Part shown: positions 31,193 through 42,300 of the stretch, in pieces
How positions within the stretch are numbered: the stretch's first letter is position 1
Layout of the letters: the number at the start of each line of letters is the position of its first letter
Assembly (NCBI GenBank): GCA_001661245.1
Contig: KV454013.1
Span: 269,005-333,004, forward strand
Length of the DNA stretch: 64,000 nt
Source of the DNA: Pachysolen tannophilus NRRL Y-2460
Lineage: Eukaryota
Reading direction: 5' to 3'
Program-made: the position numbers and the translations under genes
The notes under the pieces: generated by a model
Seen by the model: the letters and a program-made list of their open reading frames with translations, nothing else
Databases searched by the model: none
Told to the model about the DNA's origin: nothing

Positions 31193-31744
31193 TTATTTTA
31201 ATTGCGTAATTCCAATAATTAATTTACTCAACCTTTCAATGTTATCACTTTCTCCATTTAATTTAAAAGTTTTCTTGATTTGAGATAAATCTACTAATTT
31301 CATCAAATTTATATCATTAAATTCCACTAATTCACCTTTAATAATTTTTTCTAAATTCATCAAATGATCTTTAACTGATAATTTATCATCATCTTGCAAA
31401 ATAAATTTCACCACTATTAAATTATCATTTTTTTCATTTATACCAAACCTATTCAAACTATCAACAATTTTATTCATATTTGATAAATTTAAAATTAACT
31501 CTGAATTAACAGAATTTGATTTCAAAGTCTTATTCTCAACACTTAGTAACGTCTTGTATATTGAAGAATATAATTGTTCAATACTTAGTATCATTGATGG
31601 ATTTATAAATGAATAATCATAATTTCTATCCTTTTCGATTAATTTATTCTTGATTTCTTTTAAATTTTTAACTTCATTAAATAACGTTATTAAAACAGTA
31701 ATATTTGGGAATTGTGGAAGCACTATCACTTTTTCTAATGTCAT
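31193..31744 (-). CDS. CGI121: EKC/KEOPS subunit Cgi121
   Basis: PQFP..LF..VKN.KEI, EQLYSSIYKTL, NSELILNLS, NRFGI. Confidence 0.88.
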   Translation of the reverse strand: MTLEKVIVLPQFPNITVLITLFNEVKNLKEIKNKLIEKDRNYDYSFINPSMILSIEQLYSSIYKTLLSVENKTLKSNSVNSELILNLSNMNKIVDSLNRFGINEKNDNLIVVKFILQDDDKLSVKDHLMNLEKIIKGELVEFNDINLMKLVDLSQIKKTFKLNGESDNIERLSKLIIGITQLK

Positions 31745-31890
31745 GATCTTTATGTTGTTTGTATATTGATTGATAATTTAAATTTATATTTATATTTAAA
31801 TTAAAATTAAAATTGAAAAAAAATATATATATAAAAAATATGTATATATTTGGAAAAAGTGAAAAATTCTTTTTATAATTACAAAATTGA

Positions 31891-33309
31891 ATGGATTATT
31901 TAAAAATGGGTTTAGATAATAAAAGTACTAATGAGCACTTGGTAAAAAAGAGGAAAATAGATGAACATGATAAAACTATTCCAAAAGAAAGATTACAATG
32001 TGAATTCTTTCTTGAAAGGAAACAAAGAAGATGTGCAATGACTAGAAGACCAGACATAAAGTATTGTGCAGAGCATGCTACATTTTTAAATCAAAATGAA
32101 AGATTAAAATTGAAAGATGTTAGAGTTCCTTGCCCCTTGGATGGGACACATTCTGTATGGGAAGGTGGTTTGAAAAGACATTTAAAGAAATGCCAACAAA
32201 GGAAATTATTACAAGAGAAGAATCTTAAAGAAAGATCTTGGTTTAAAGAGAATTTAAATAGTAATTGTGATTATAAAACTGATACAGTGGTGAACATTTT
32301 AGAACAAGAATATTCACAAGATAAAATTAAAAAGTTTATAAAAGAAGTTGCAATACCAAAGCTTAAATTTTTCCAGGAGGAAATATCCTATAGACAAAGT
32401 TATAATTATTCTAAAATATTAAATTCAAGATTTGAAGAAAAAATTGATCAGAAACATATATTACAACAGTCATCTATACTAGGACACCTTAATGATTTGT
32501 CTTTACTAGATAAAAGAAACTTATTTATTGAATTTGGTTGTGGTAGAGCAGAGTTGAGTCGATATTTGTCAAGATCTTTAATTGTTGATAGTGAAAATCA
32601 AAATTGTAATTTTAACAATATAAATTTTGCATTAATAGATAGATCACCATCTCGTTTAAAAATGGATAAAAAATTTGTGGAAGATTATAGAGAGATTTTT
32701 CCTAAAAGTGTAAAAAATGAGGAAAATCAAATAAATGTACAAAGATTTAAAATAGATATAAAAGATCTTAACTTGGACGCAATGATCCAACAAAATTTTC
32801 CACAAGATATTCATCAAATTGTAGGTATATCCAAACATCTTTGTGGATCTGCAACAGATCTTACACTTTCATGTTGTTTCTTACATTCAAACGTTGTTAA
32901 AGAAAAATTTGGTGGAATGTTAATTGCCATGTGTTGTAGACACTCTTGTTCTTATGATGATCTTTTACCTGATTCTAAGAAATACTTGATGGAAAATTTT
33001 CAAGTTGATAAAACTATATTTGATATCGTTTTAAAGAAATTGACTTCATGGGCCACGTGTGGAGGCATTGAAGGTAAATCAATACCTTGTGAAAATAGTG
33101 ATGAAGATAAAGTAAAATTTACAAATACACATTTTAGTGGATTAGATTATCTGGAAAGACTAGAAATTGGATTATTTTGCAGGAGAATCATTGATGAAAG
33201 CAGGAAATTTGCATTGACAAAAATGGGTTACAATGTTGAATTAATCAATTATTGTCAAAGAGAAGTTAGTCTAGAAAATCAATGTATGATTATAACTTGT
33301 AAAAAATAA
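31891..33309 (+). CDS. TRM13: tRNA:m4X 2'-O-methyltransferase Trm13
   Basis: CCCH and CHHC Zn fingers (RLQCEFF..CAEH; RVPCPLDGTHSVW..HLKKC), IEFGCGRAELSRY, KIDIKDL, SKHLCGSATDL, AMCCRH, SLEN. Confidence 0.95.
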   Translation: MDYLKMGLDNKSTNEHLVKKRKIDEHDKTIPKERLQCEFFLERKQRRCAMTRRPDIKYCAEHATFLNQNERLKLKDVRVPCPLDGTHSVWEGGLKRHLKKCQQRKLLQEKNLKERSWFKENLNSNCDYKTDTVVNILEQEYSQDKIKKFIKEVAIPKLKFFQEEISYRQSYNYSKILNSRFEEKIDQKHILQQSSILGHLNDLSLLDKRNLFIEFGCGRAELSRYLSRSLIVDSENQNCNFNNINFALIDRSPSRLKMDKKFVEDYREIFPKSVKNEENQINVQRFKIDIKDLNLDAMIQQNFPQDIHQIVGISKHLCGSATDLTLSCCFLHSNVVKEKFGGMLIAMCCRHSCSYDDLLPDSKKYLMENFQVDKTIFDIVLKKLTSWATCGGIEGKSIPCENSDEDKVKFTNTHFSGLDYLERLEIGLFCRRIIDESRKFALTKMGYNVELINYCQREVSLENQCMIITCKK

Positions 33310-33413
33310 CATGTGAATTTTTGCCAGATTTGAATTTTATTATTAATATTATTATTATTATCAAAAGTAACTAGCTATAGTAATAAAAAAAAAATATAAC
33401 AACAAAAGTTTTC

Positions 33414-33920
33414 TTAGATTTTTTCCTCTGAAACACCGTGTTTCCAAATAGCAACAAATGGAGTAGTACCATCCTCACGATAATTCAACAAGACAACCAT
33501 TCCATCTGGATCCATTGATTCACCAGTGTAGAAGTCCCAATCTTTGAAAGAACCAACAACTTTCTTAACATAAGCAGTAGCACCTTTTTCAAATGCTTCA
33601 ATTTGATCAGGATTGTTTTTAACTAAATATTGTTTAACACTTTTCATGTAACTTTTAATATAGGTAAGAAAAGATTTCTTATCAAAAGAAGTTTTTTGCA
33701 ATCTGAATGAATAGACAACGTTGTTAACAGTCTCAACACCATCTTCAGCAGCATCATCATCACCTCCTTCAGCCGATGGGTTGGCTCCAATATCAACATC
33801 ACCATTACCAACTTGGACCATCAGACAATCGGCTTCAAGGATAGCACCATCAACTTCCTTGATATCGTATGCATCAGAAAGCAATTCATCGCCTGAAATA
33901 ACGTCTTTATAGATAATCAT
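33414..33920 (-). CDS. TMA19: Translationally controlled tumour protein (TCTP/Mmi1)
   Basis: MIIYKD, DELLSD, IGANPSAEG, FDKKSFLTYIK, TGESMDPDG, YREDGTTPF, WKHG. Confidence 0.98.
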   Translation of the reverse strand: MIIYKDVISGDELLSDAYDIKEVDGAILEADCLMVQVGNGDVDIGANPSAEGGDDDAAEDGVETVNNVVYSFRLQKTSFDKKSFLTYIKSYMKSVKQYLVKNNPDQIEAFEKGATAYVKKVVGSFKDWDFYTGESMDPDGMVVLLNYREDGTTPFVAIWKHGVSEEKI

Positions 33921-34029
33921 CTTTTTTCTTTTTTTGGTCTCTGTCTTTTTTTAAAACAATTTTATTCAAAAAAAAAAAGATAATTAATTATATAAATTTT
34001 AACTTTTCCAATTGATTCTACTATATATC

Positions 34030-34065
<36 letters not shown>

Positions 34066-34416
34066 NNNNNNNNNNNNNNNNNNNNNNNNNNNNNNNNNNN
34101 NNNNNNNNNNNNNNNNNNNNNNNNNNNNNNNNNNNNNNNNNNNNNNNNNNNNNNNNNNNNNNNNNNNNNNNNNNNNNNNNNNNNNNNNNNNNNNNNNNNN
34201 NNNNNNNNNNNNNNNNNNNNNNNNNNNNNNNNNNNNNNNNNNNNNNNNNNNNNNNNNNNNNNNNNNNNNNNNNNNNNNNNNNNNNNNNNNNNNNNNNNNN
34301 NNNNNNNNNNNNNNNNNNNNNNNNNNNNNNNNNNNNNNNNNNNNNNNNNNNNNNNNNNNNNNNNNNNNNNNNNNNNNNNNNNNNNNNNNNNNNNNNNNNN
34401 NNNNNNNNNNNNNNNN
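34066..34416. other. Assembly gap (N run) flanked by poly-A
   Basis: Run of N. Confidence 0.98.
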
Positions 34417-34462
34417 AAAAATAAAAAANAAAAAANAAAAAAATAAAAAATAAAAAAAAACC

Positions 34463-34470
34463 TTACCCGG
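34463..34470 (+). promoter_or_regulatory. Reb1-type site TTACCCGG upstream of TMA19
   Basis: Exact match to the S. cerevisiae Reb1 consensus, next to poly-A tracts. Confidence 0.55.
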
Positions 34471-34688
34471 GCGCAAGTAAAATTATAAGTGCGAGCCAAA
34501 AGCGATATCTCAGTGCGCAGAGATAGACGCTATATTTATAAACATATGCGGTACACCGTAAGACACAGGAGTGCTCTCACAAAGCGCACGCATACACAGG
34601 GCATTTAAAGATCCAAAGCGTGGTACGCAGATCTTTACATGCTGTGATGCGCAAATAGTTTTAGAAGTGCGCATCATAGCGTATAGAA

Positions 34689-35546
34689 CTATACAATAAT
34701 AGTTTCACCATTCATGTCTTTATCTATCACGTTGATTACTTTATTTGCAACATCTTCTAAAGTTACAGTTTTTATTCCTTGTTCTTTCAATAACTCTTCA
34801 TTCACTGTGCTTCCAATTTCAGTTTCCTTAACGAATGAGGGAAGTATTACATTGCACCTAATATTATCTCTTTTTATATCTTGAGTAACATTTTTGGTAA
34901 AACCTAGGATTCCTAATTTTGTAGTTGAATAAATCGATGTTCCTCTAATTGAATATTGATCTTGTGCTAATATGGATGAAATATTTATAATATTCAAAGG
35001 GATTTCTCCATTATTTTTCCTATTTTTCCTTTCTTTTAAAAAATTTCTTATAAAAAATTTCGTTAATATCATCAGAGAAGTAAGGTTTATATTTACCAAT
35101 GAACATATATCATCAATTGAAGTAAATGGTAATAAACTTGCTTGAGATTTACCAGCACAATTAATTAAAATTGAAACATTGGTAAAATCTGTAAATATAG
35201 GATCAACAATTTTTGTTTCAATATTTTTCAAATCATTTAAATCATACAGTATAAATGAATGATGCTGTAAATTATTAATTAAACATAATTCTAATATCGA
35301 TTTTGCTAATACCTTATCATTTCTTGATAATAATACACAATTACAACCTCTAGAGCTTAATTTCTTAGCTATTGATAAACCTATACCTTTTGATCCTCCA
35401 GTGATTAAAGCTGTCTGGTTAACTAATGATTTCTCCAAACTTGTGGAATAATACCGATAGCAGAGTCCCGTAAGATGCTTGTTAAATTGAAACTTTGTTG
35501 CATGTTTGATTAATTGAATTGTTCTTATTCTCTTTGTATTCATCAT
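34689..35546 (-). CDS. OAR1: Mitochondrial 3-oxoacyl-ACP reductase (SDR)
   Basis: TGGSKGIG, LINCAG, NISS, YSTTK catalytic motif; presequence; adjacent to TMA19 as in S. cerevisiae. Confidence 0.82.
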   Translation of the reverse strand: MMNTKRIRTIQLIKHATKFQFNKHLTGLCYRYYSTSLEKSLVNQTALITGGSKGIGLSIAKKLSSRGCNCVLLSRNDKVLAKSILELCLINNLQHHSFILYDLNDLKNIETKIVDPIFTDFTNVSILINCAGKSQASLLPFTSIDDICSLVNINLTSLMILTKFFIRNFLKERKNRKNNGEIPLNIINISSILAQDQYSIRGTSIYSTTKLGILGFTKNVTQDIKRDNIRCNVILPSFVKETEIGSTVNEELLKEQGIKTVTLEDVANKVINVIDKDMNGETIIV

Positions 35547-35567
35547 TTTATCAAATATATTTATCGT

Positions 35568-35670
35568 CTCATCGCATTTTTAAAGTGTGAAAAAAAAAAA
35601 AATTTTTAAAATGAAAAAAAAAAAAAAAAAATTTAAAAAAAATTTAAAAAAATTTTTTTTTCACTTTAAA
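35568..35670. promoter_or_regulatory. PAC element plus RRPE-like/poly(dA:dT) tracts in the OAR1-ENP1 divergent promoter
   Basis: CTCATCGC (GCGATGAG) at 35568-35575; TGAAAAAA.. and ..TTTTTTCACT tracts. Confidence 0.7.
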
Positions 35671-35779
35671 TTTTTTTAATTAACACCATTAATAACTTAT
35701 AATCGATATAGAGATATATATTCGTTTTATTGGCTGTATTAGTCCTAGTTCTAAGTATAAGTCATCACAGGATTTGAAA

Positions 35780-36967
35780 ATGGGTAAAATAGTAACTTCA
35801 GATGCCAAGACAAAAGCTCACCGAGCTTCTTTATATAACGATATATCAAACGAAGGAATTTTGAAAAATAAATCAAAAAAGAAATCAAAGCATAATAAGA
35901 AACTGGGGGAAGATGAAGATGAAGATGGCGATAAATATCTAGATGCTGCTGTTTCCAGGAAAATTTTGCAATTGGCAAAAGAGCAGCAGGAGGAAATTGC
36001 CGAGGAAGAAAACGGTGGTGCAAATGGAAATAAGTTTTCGTTAAGTTCAAGAATTGTAAAAGGAGAAGAATCTCAAGAAGAAGAAGATGATGATGAAGAA
36101 GATGACGATGATGAGGAAGAAGAAGGAAAATATTCTGATTTTGAATTAGAAGAAGAAGAATATTATGGAGAAGAGCTGGATGAGGAGGAAGAAATCAATG
36201 AGGATGATATAGCTATGTTTGAATCATATTTCAAAGCATCATCATCATCATCATCTGCTCCATTTAGTAGTTTTAACTTGGCGGATAAAGTTATGGCCAA
36301 ATTACAAGAGCAACAAGATCAGAAAAGTCGAGATGACGAAGATGGGGAATCTTTGCAGGCAAGACAAAGGGACAAAGTTTTACTTCCACCAAAAGTGATT
36401 GAAGTTTATACCAAGATTGGTCAAGTATTAAAAAATTATAGACGTGGGAAATTACCAAAGTTGTTTAAAGTTATACCGTCTTTAAGAAATTGGGAGGATG
36501 TCTTGTATGTTACAAATCCTCAAGAATGGTCACCTCAGGCATGTTATGAGGCAACAAAGCTATTTGTTAGTAATTTGACTTCAAGACAAGCTGAAAAATT
36601 TGTTCATAATATTTTATTGGATAGATTTAGAGATAATATTGAAGATGATGAAAATCACAAATTAAATTATCATCTTTATCGTTCATTGAAAAAATCTCTT
36701 TATAAACCAGCAGCTTTTTTCAAAGGTTTTTTATATCCTTTAGTTGAGGAAAATTGTACTTTAAGAGAATCAATAATAGCTGGATCAATATTATCCAAAG
36801 TTTCAATTCCAGTAGTTCATTCATCTTTAGCATTAAGTTGGTTAACAGAACAACCTTTCCAACCTGCTACAATGGTTTTCATAAGAATATTATTGGAGAA
36901 AAAATATGCTTTACCTTATCAGACTGTTGATCACTTGGTGTTTTATTTCATGAATTTTAGAATTTTA

Positions 36968-36998
<31 letters not shown>

Positions 36999-37282
36999 TG
37001 GATATGGATATGGATATGGGAATTAATTCTAAAAAGACAAAACAAGAAGCTCCTCCACTTCCTTTAGTATGGCATAAAGCTTTCCTTGCATTTGCTCAAC
37101 GTTATAAAAACGATATTACTGAAGATCAACGAGATTTCTTATTAGAAACAGTTAGACAAAGAGGTCATGATAAAGTTGGACCTGAAATTAGAAGAGAATT
37201 ATTGGCTGGAAAAGTAAGACCTGAAGTTGAGAAAAGGGGAAACTCACTGAACAACGAAGAACTAATGGTGGACGTCTTTTAA
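35780..37282 (+). CDS. ENP1: Bystin / 40S assembly factor Enp1
   Basis: SRKILQLAKEQQEE, GKLPKLFKVIP, YEATKLFVSN, KKSLYKPAAFFKG, KKYALPY, FAQRYKNDITEDQRD, PEIRREL. ATG at 35780. Confidence 0.96.
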
Positions 37283-37490
37283 ACTTATAGATAGATATAT
37301 ATTTATAGAGATATACCTTATTTTACAACCGTGTAGTTATTAATCAATCAATCAATCAATCACTTAATCAATCATCATGTACGTTATACATTTATTTCCC
37401 TTTATGGAAAGTCCGCCAAGCAAGAACCCTTTACCTTTTTAATTTCTCCGCGAACCCTCCCACAAAACCTCCCGCCTAGCTGTGGGCACC

Positions 37491-37520
37491 ATTCTCCGCC
37501 ATTCACCGCCATTCTCCGCC
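37491..37520 (+). repeat. Three tandem 10-mers ATTC(T/A)CCGCC in the ACM1 promoter
   Basis: attctccgcc attcaccgcc attctccgcc. Confidence 0.85.
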
Positions 37521-37869
37521 TAATTAAATTCGTTACTTAAAAATCGCTATTTAAATCGCGATCATTTTCAGAAAAAGGTAAAAAAACCCAAAGTAAGGTA
37601 CAAAAAGGTAAATAAATGAAATCTATATAATAATAATACAACACCATTTTATTTATTATAATTAATATATGTATACATTCTTAAATCAGACGTGTCTAAT
37701 CATTTAAACCACATCTGTATATATATAAATAATTAAATACATATATATATATATGGACTGAATTTCATTATTTTAAATTCTTTTTTTTTCTTTTTTTTTT
37801 TTTTTTTTGGTATTATATTTATATATATATATTTGAATTTGTTGCAATTATTGTAATAGGTAGAGCAAA

Positions 37870-38658
37870 ATGTCACAACAATCAAGAAGAACATCACCAA
37901 CAAAGCTTTCAAGATCTTCGACTCCATTACAAGTCAAAAATGACTCGAATAATATTTTAAGAAAGACAAATTCACCAAAGAAGAATCAACTTTGCACTGA
38001 GAATTTTTCATCTCAACTGAGTCTCATATCTCCTACTAGGACATCACCAGTAAGGAAGCTTACTTCGCGTTCTTCTTCACCTTTGAAAACAATTCATAAT
38101 AGAAATACAAATTTTAAAATATACCAAGATGATACTGATTATAGGGAAGAAATTCTTCTGTTACAAGAAACACAACTCAAGAAAGTTGATAAGCCCGAAA
38201 TGATGTTATTGACACCCGAACAAGAAATGAATAAGGAAAATGAAAACAAAAATGAAAATACTACACCAACGAAATCACCTGTTGTTGGATTAAATAAATT
38301 AAATAATCAAAGAATCCCACTTTCGAATTTAGATATAAAATTATACCCAGGATTTGTTCAAAGTAGCAAAAATTCATCCAAGTCAACTGGTGGAAATAAT
38401 GTATTAAGACCAAAAATGCAATTGTTAACATCTTATAGACCATATGCAATTCAAGTTAAAAATCTTCCCTCATTTGTAACACCGCCAAGATCAAAGAAAT
38501 TTAAAAAAATCGATTATAGGTTTAATTCTAAAGGTCATATTTTGAAAAAGGTAAACAGATCTTTGTCGTTTGATAATAGAGTATTTAAACCTTTTATTGA
38601 TGACGCTGCAGATTTAAAGAAAAAATTAGAGTTTAAAATTTATGATGATCAGTTATAA
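37870..38658 (+). CDS. ACM1: APC/C-Cdh1 pseudosubstrate inhibitor Acm1
   Basis: Ordered motifs: many S/T-P CDK sites, ABBA FKIYQD, KEN box, D-box RIPLSNL, LPSFVTPPR, C-terminal LEFKIYDD; adjacent to PLC1 as in S. cerevisiae. Confidence 0.85.
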   Translation: MSQQSRRTSPTKLSRSSTPLQVKNDSNNILRKTNSPKKNQLCTENFSSQLSLISPTRTSPVRKLTSRSSSPLKTIHNRNTNFKIYQDDTDYREEILLLQETQLKKVDKPEMMLLTPEQEMNKENENKNENTTPTKSPVVGLNKLNNQRIPLSNLDIKLYPGFVQSSKNSSKSTGGNNVLRPKMQLLTSYRPYAIQVKNLPSFVTPPRSKKFKKIDYRFNSKGHILKKVNRSLSFDNRVFKPFIDDAADLKKKLEFKIYDDQL

Positions 38659-38863
38659 TCTTACAATATATTTTCAAATTGCTAAATAAAATTTTGTGTG
38701 AATTAAATTATTGATTGTGATTAACACAAAACGTAGAATAATAATATACACAAGCCTGAAAAGATAAATCACTATTTACAACATTAAAATTAAATTTCCC
38801 TTCCCCCAAAAAACTAAAATTAAAAAAAAAAAGACACCAACTATATTTTTTGATTCTTTTGAA

Positions 38864-41800
38864 TCACAAATCTTTCTCACCATAATCAATCTTGACAAAT
38901 AAAGTTGAAAAAATATACTCTTCACCTTGTAGATCAGAAATTGGTAGGTGCCTAAAACCTTTTTTCATATGTTTCAATTTATAACAGCAAACACCAATTG
39001 TCAAGTTATCGTTACCTCCGGTGTTAGCTCCATCATCTGAAACATCATGTGCCTCCCCAATTTCAGAAGAATTCGGTTTATTGCACTTGATTAAAAATCT
39101 TAAAAATACCAAATCAGAACAAGTTGTTGTAAATGACCCTTTAAATTCATTCATCCAAACGGGATTAAATCCATTTGATCTAACTGTTTTAGTTCTATTA
39201 CAACTCGAAAAATTATTTTCAAAGTAATTCTTGTCCTTCAAATTGTCAACGTAATAGATTTCAAATTCAACAAAGGGACTAATCTTATCGTTATCATCTT
39301 TAAAATCTTTTGGTCTTGGTAATTGTTGCAGCGATAAAATCTCTATTTGGAAATTGATTAATTTAGGTTTCTTGTCAGAAATTGCTGATTGAATATCATG
39401 TTTATGGTTTAATGTCCTCATGGATAATGGTTTCAAAATATAACCACTTCTACTACCTATCGAAAACATCGATTCGCTTAATTGCTGACCTAAATCGTAC
39501 TTTTGCCAGTTTGTTGCAACCATTTGAATTCCCAATTCCCAGAAATTCAAAGGATTAAAATTTGTTGAAGTATATCTGTATTTAGAAGGATATACCCTCA
39601 TCAAAAATTTTTTGTTGTGCTTTATTATCGACTGAGTCTTGACATCGTCTCTCAACATTTTCCGTAAAGTTTTCTCCGAAAATGAAAAACAATGGTTATA
39701 AGTCTTTGATTCGGGTAACGAAAAATTTCTAAACTTCAAGGATGATACGTAGACTCCTAATACCCCCAATTCAGGAGATATTTTTGTAGTCATTCCTCTA
39801 TTGATAAAATTACGTTTCTTCATATGATTTAATACACTATCTTCACTAAATGATGAAGGTGTACTAGTGGTAGATGTCATGGATGTTGATGTTGCTACAC
39901 CACTATTCTCTGATACCTTCATACCATTAATGCTGGAATCAGATCTCTTTACTTTAATTATTATCTTGTGCTTTAGCTCCAAAGGACTAGGTAAAACTTG
40001 CGAATCTGCTATCATAGGTTGTAAAACCAACATATCACCGAGAATATCACAAAATAAATTCTTTATTACAAGCTGATTTTCAATACTGCAATGAACTTCT
40101 AATGAAATTATTAAAGGAAATGGGGTAGAAATAAAAGCATATTTCCTTATCGTCAGGATAACTTGTTTTAAATCTATGGATGAACTAAACGACCTACCAT
40201 GCTTAACAACTGGAACTTTTACATTTAAAGTGTTTAATCCATCCCAAATATCAATTTCAATACATCTACAGCCTCTCTGTAATGCCCTTATGTATCCTTC
40301 TACTGACGATTCACCTCCAAATTGTTTGCCCAATAAGTATGTGTTATGAGATGATGAAATGAAATATTCGTTTAATGGACGAGTGTAATCTTCTTCAATT
40401 TCTTTAAGTGGTGAAGTATAAGATGAAATTAGAAAATTTTGGAAATCATCCAAAGTTAAATATTTTGCATCTTCAACAGTTGTAGAGGAAAATTTATTCG
40501 ATAATTTTACAATAAATTCATCGGTATACTTTTCTTGCTGAATATCGAGTAAAAATGTTTTAAATTGATCAAAGTTCATCAATTCACCACTGGTTGAAGT
40601 TTTAAAAATTTTCAAGATTTCTGATCTCAGTCTTAAACGTTTAACAAACTTTTTAAACTCATCAAAATTCAAACTACCTTTATCTTCCGAGTCACACTCT
40701 TTGAATAAGTCTAAAAGATATGCTTTATCAACATTAATATTTAATACTTTTGTTAGTTTCAAAATACCATCATAAGTTAACTTATCCCCTCCATTCTTCG
40801 TGTTAGTATTAGTCCTCATAGAAGAAATTTGCTTTTGAGAATTAACATAGTTATTCCAATGATAATTGGCAAATAATTCATTATTTGAAACCAAAGACAA
40901 ACTTCTCAGTAAATCTCTATTGATGAGTACCAAAGTATTTAAAGTGTTCAAAAAGATTTCGTAATCATAAGTTGTAGTAGCTAAGCAATGCAAAGCTTTA
41001 ATGTTATTTGAGATCGAGTCATTATAATAAATGATAGTTATCCATAAATCTTTATAATTAGATGAAACTTTGAACTCTTCTCTGTAATTCTTGGCATCAT
41101 CACCTATTCTGATACTTTTAATCTTATCTATTTTCAAAAAAGAGGATGACTTATTATTCCAAATTAAAATATTTTTATCATAATCAATTTTAAATAATCT
41201 TTTAATTTTTTTTTGTGAGTAATTCTCAAAAGCTCAATTCCTGGATCAATAAGTTCTGGAGGAATAGAATCTTTATCAATTAATTTAGGAGGGATTTCAT
41301 CTATTGGGAAGTCATCGCTAATGACATTAGTTATAGCATTATTATTTACACTAAAACTATTATTATCTTTATTTATCATTAAGTTTCGATTAATAGTATT
41401 ATAAATTTCCCTTTCATCACTAGGATTCCAGAGGAAATTTGCATTTTTCAAAAATTTTGAAATCTTATTGCCGCTACTGTTAGTATTCCCATTTTTCAAA
41501 CTATCAGCCGATGAATTAGAAGAATTTTGATCTGAATTAGATAATTGTGGAGCATCGTTTAAAGTAAACGATGAAATTCTCTTTAACAAGTTTCTTCCAG
41601 GGTTAAATGTAGGACTTGTAGGTGACATTGGTGGTGTTGATTCGGTTTCAACAGTACCATTTCCATTGCCGCTGCTAATTTTCGAAATCAAAGGTGGTGA
41701 TAAACTTAACGAAGTATTTCTTAATATCGATAATCTGTTTGATAATGATGTTGTGACAATAGGCGTCGGTGTCGGCATAGACGTAGCAGTAGCATTAACA

Positions 41801-42048
41801 GTAGCAGTAGATGCAGATGCCGATGTTTCTACTACTGCCAGCGGTACCCTTGTCTGTTGACCAGATTTCAAACTACCGCCGTTAATATGACCATGATTCT
41901 GAGCGGACGACAGTGATACTCTTTGCGATACTAAATAATCACCAATAGACGCCGATTCCGACATTACCAGTGGACGAGTCTCTAATAACAGATCCTCCCA
42001 ACTCTGCAGCATTTCTGATCCTTTCATTACTTCTTCATTACCTGGCAT
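38864..42048 (-). CDS. PLC1: Phosphoinositide phospholipase C Plc1, split over two ORFs by a 1-nt frameshift at 41206-41214
   Basis: PH, EF-hand, X box (YFISSSHNTYL, GCRCIEIDIWDG, ISLEVHC), Y box (RVYPS, QMVATNWQ) and C2 (NGFNPVW). ORF 41164..42048 supplies the N-terminus up to LLRITHKKK, and the -1 frame continues IKRLFKIDYDKNILIW into 38864..41137. Confidence 0.9.
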
Positions 42049-42268
42049 CTTTCACATATCAGCATCAGGCATCTGCAATAGAGCACGGCTTCTATTCTCG
42101 ATTAGAAAAAATTAAAATCAAGTACAAAAGGAAAAAGAAAAAGAACAAAAAAAAAAAACAAAGAGTAACTCCTAAATTCCTCTTTCTCTCAATTAATCAA
42201 AATGAATGATGCCCCATATATATAATATTATATTTCAAGAATATTCATCAAACATCAACAAATATTTA

Positions 42269-42300
<32 letters not shown>

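Noticed and set aside
16925..34499. ORFs spanning the N gaps (16925-17468, 22226-22733, 33999-34499)
   Set aside because: Artefacts of translating N runs and flanking homopolymers.
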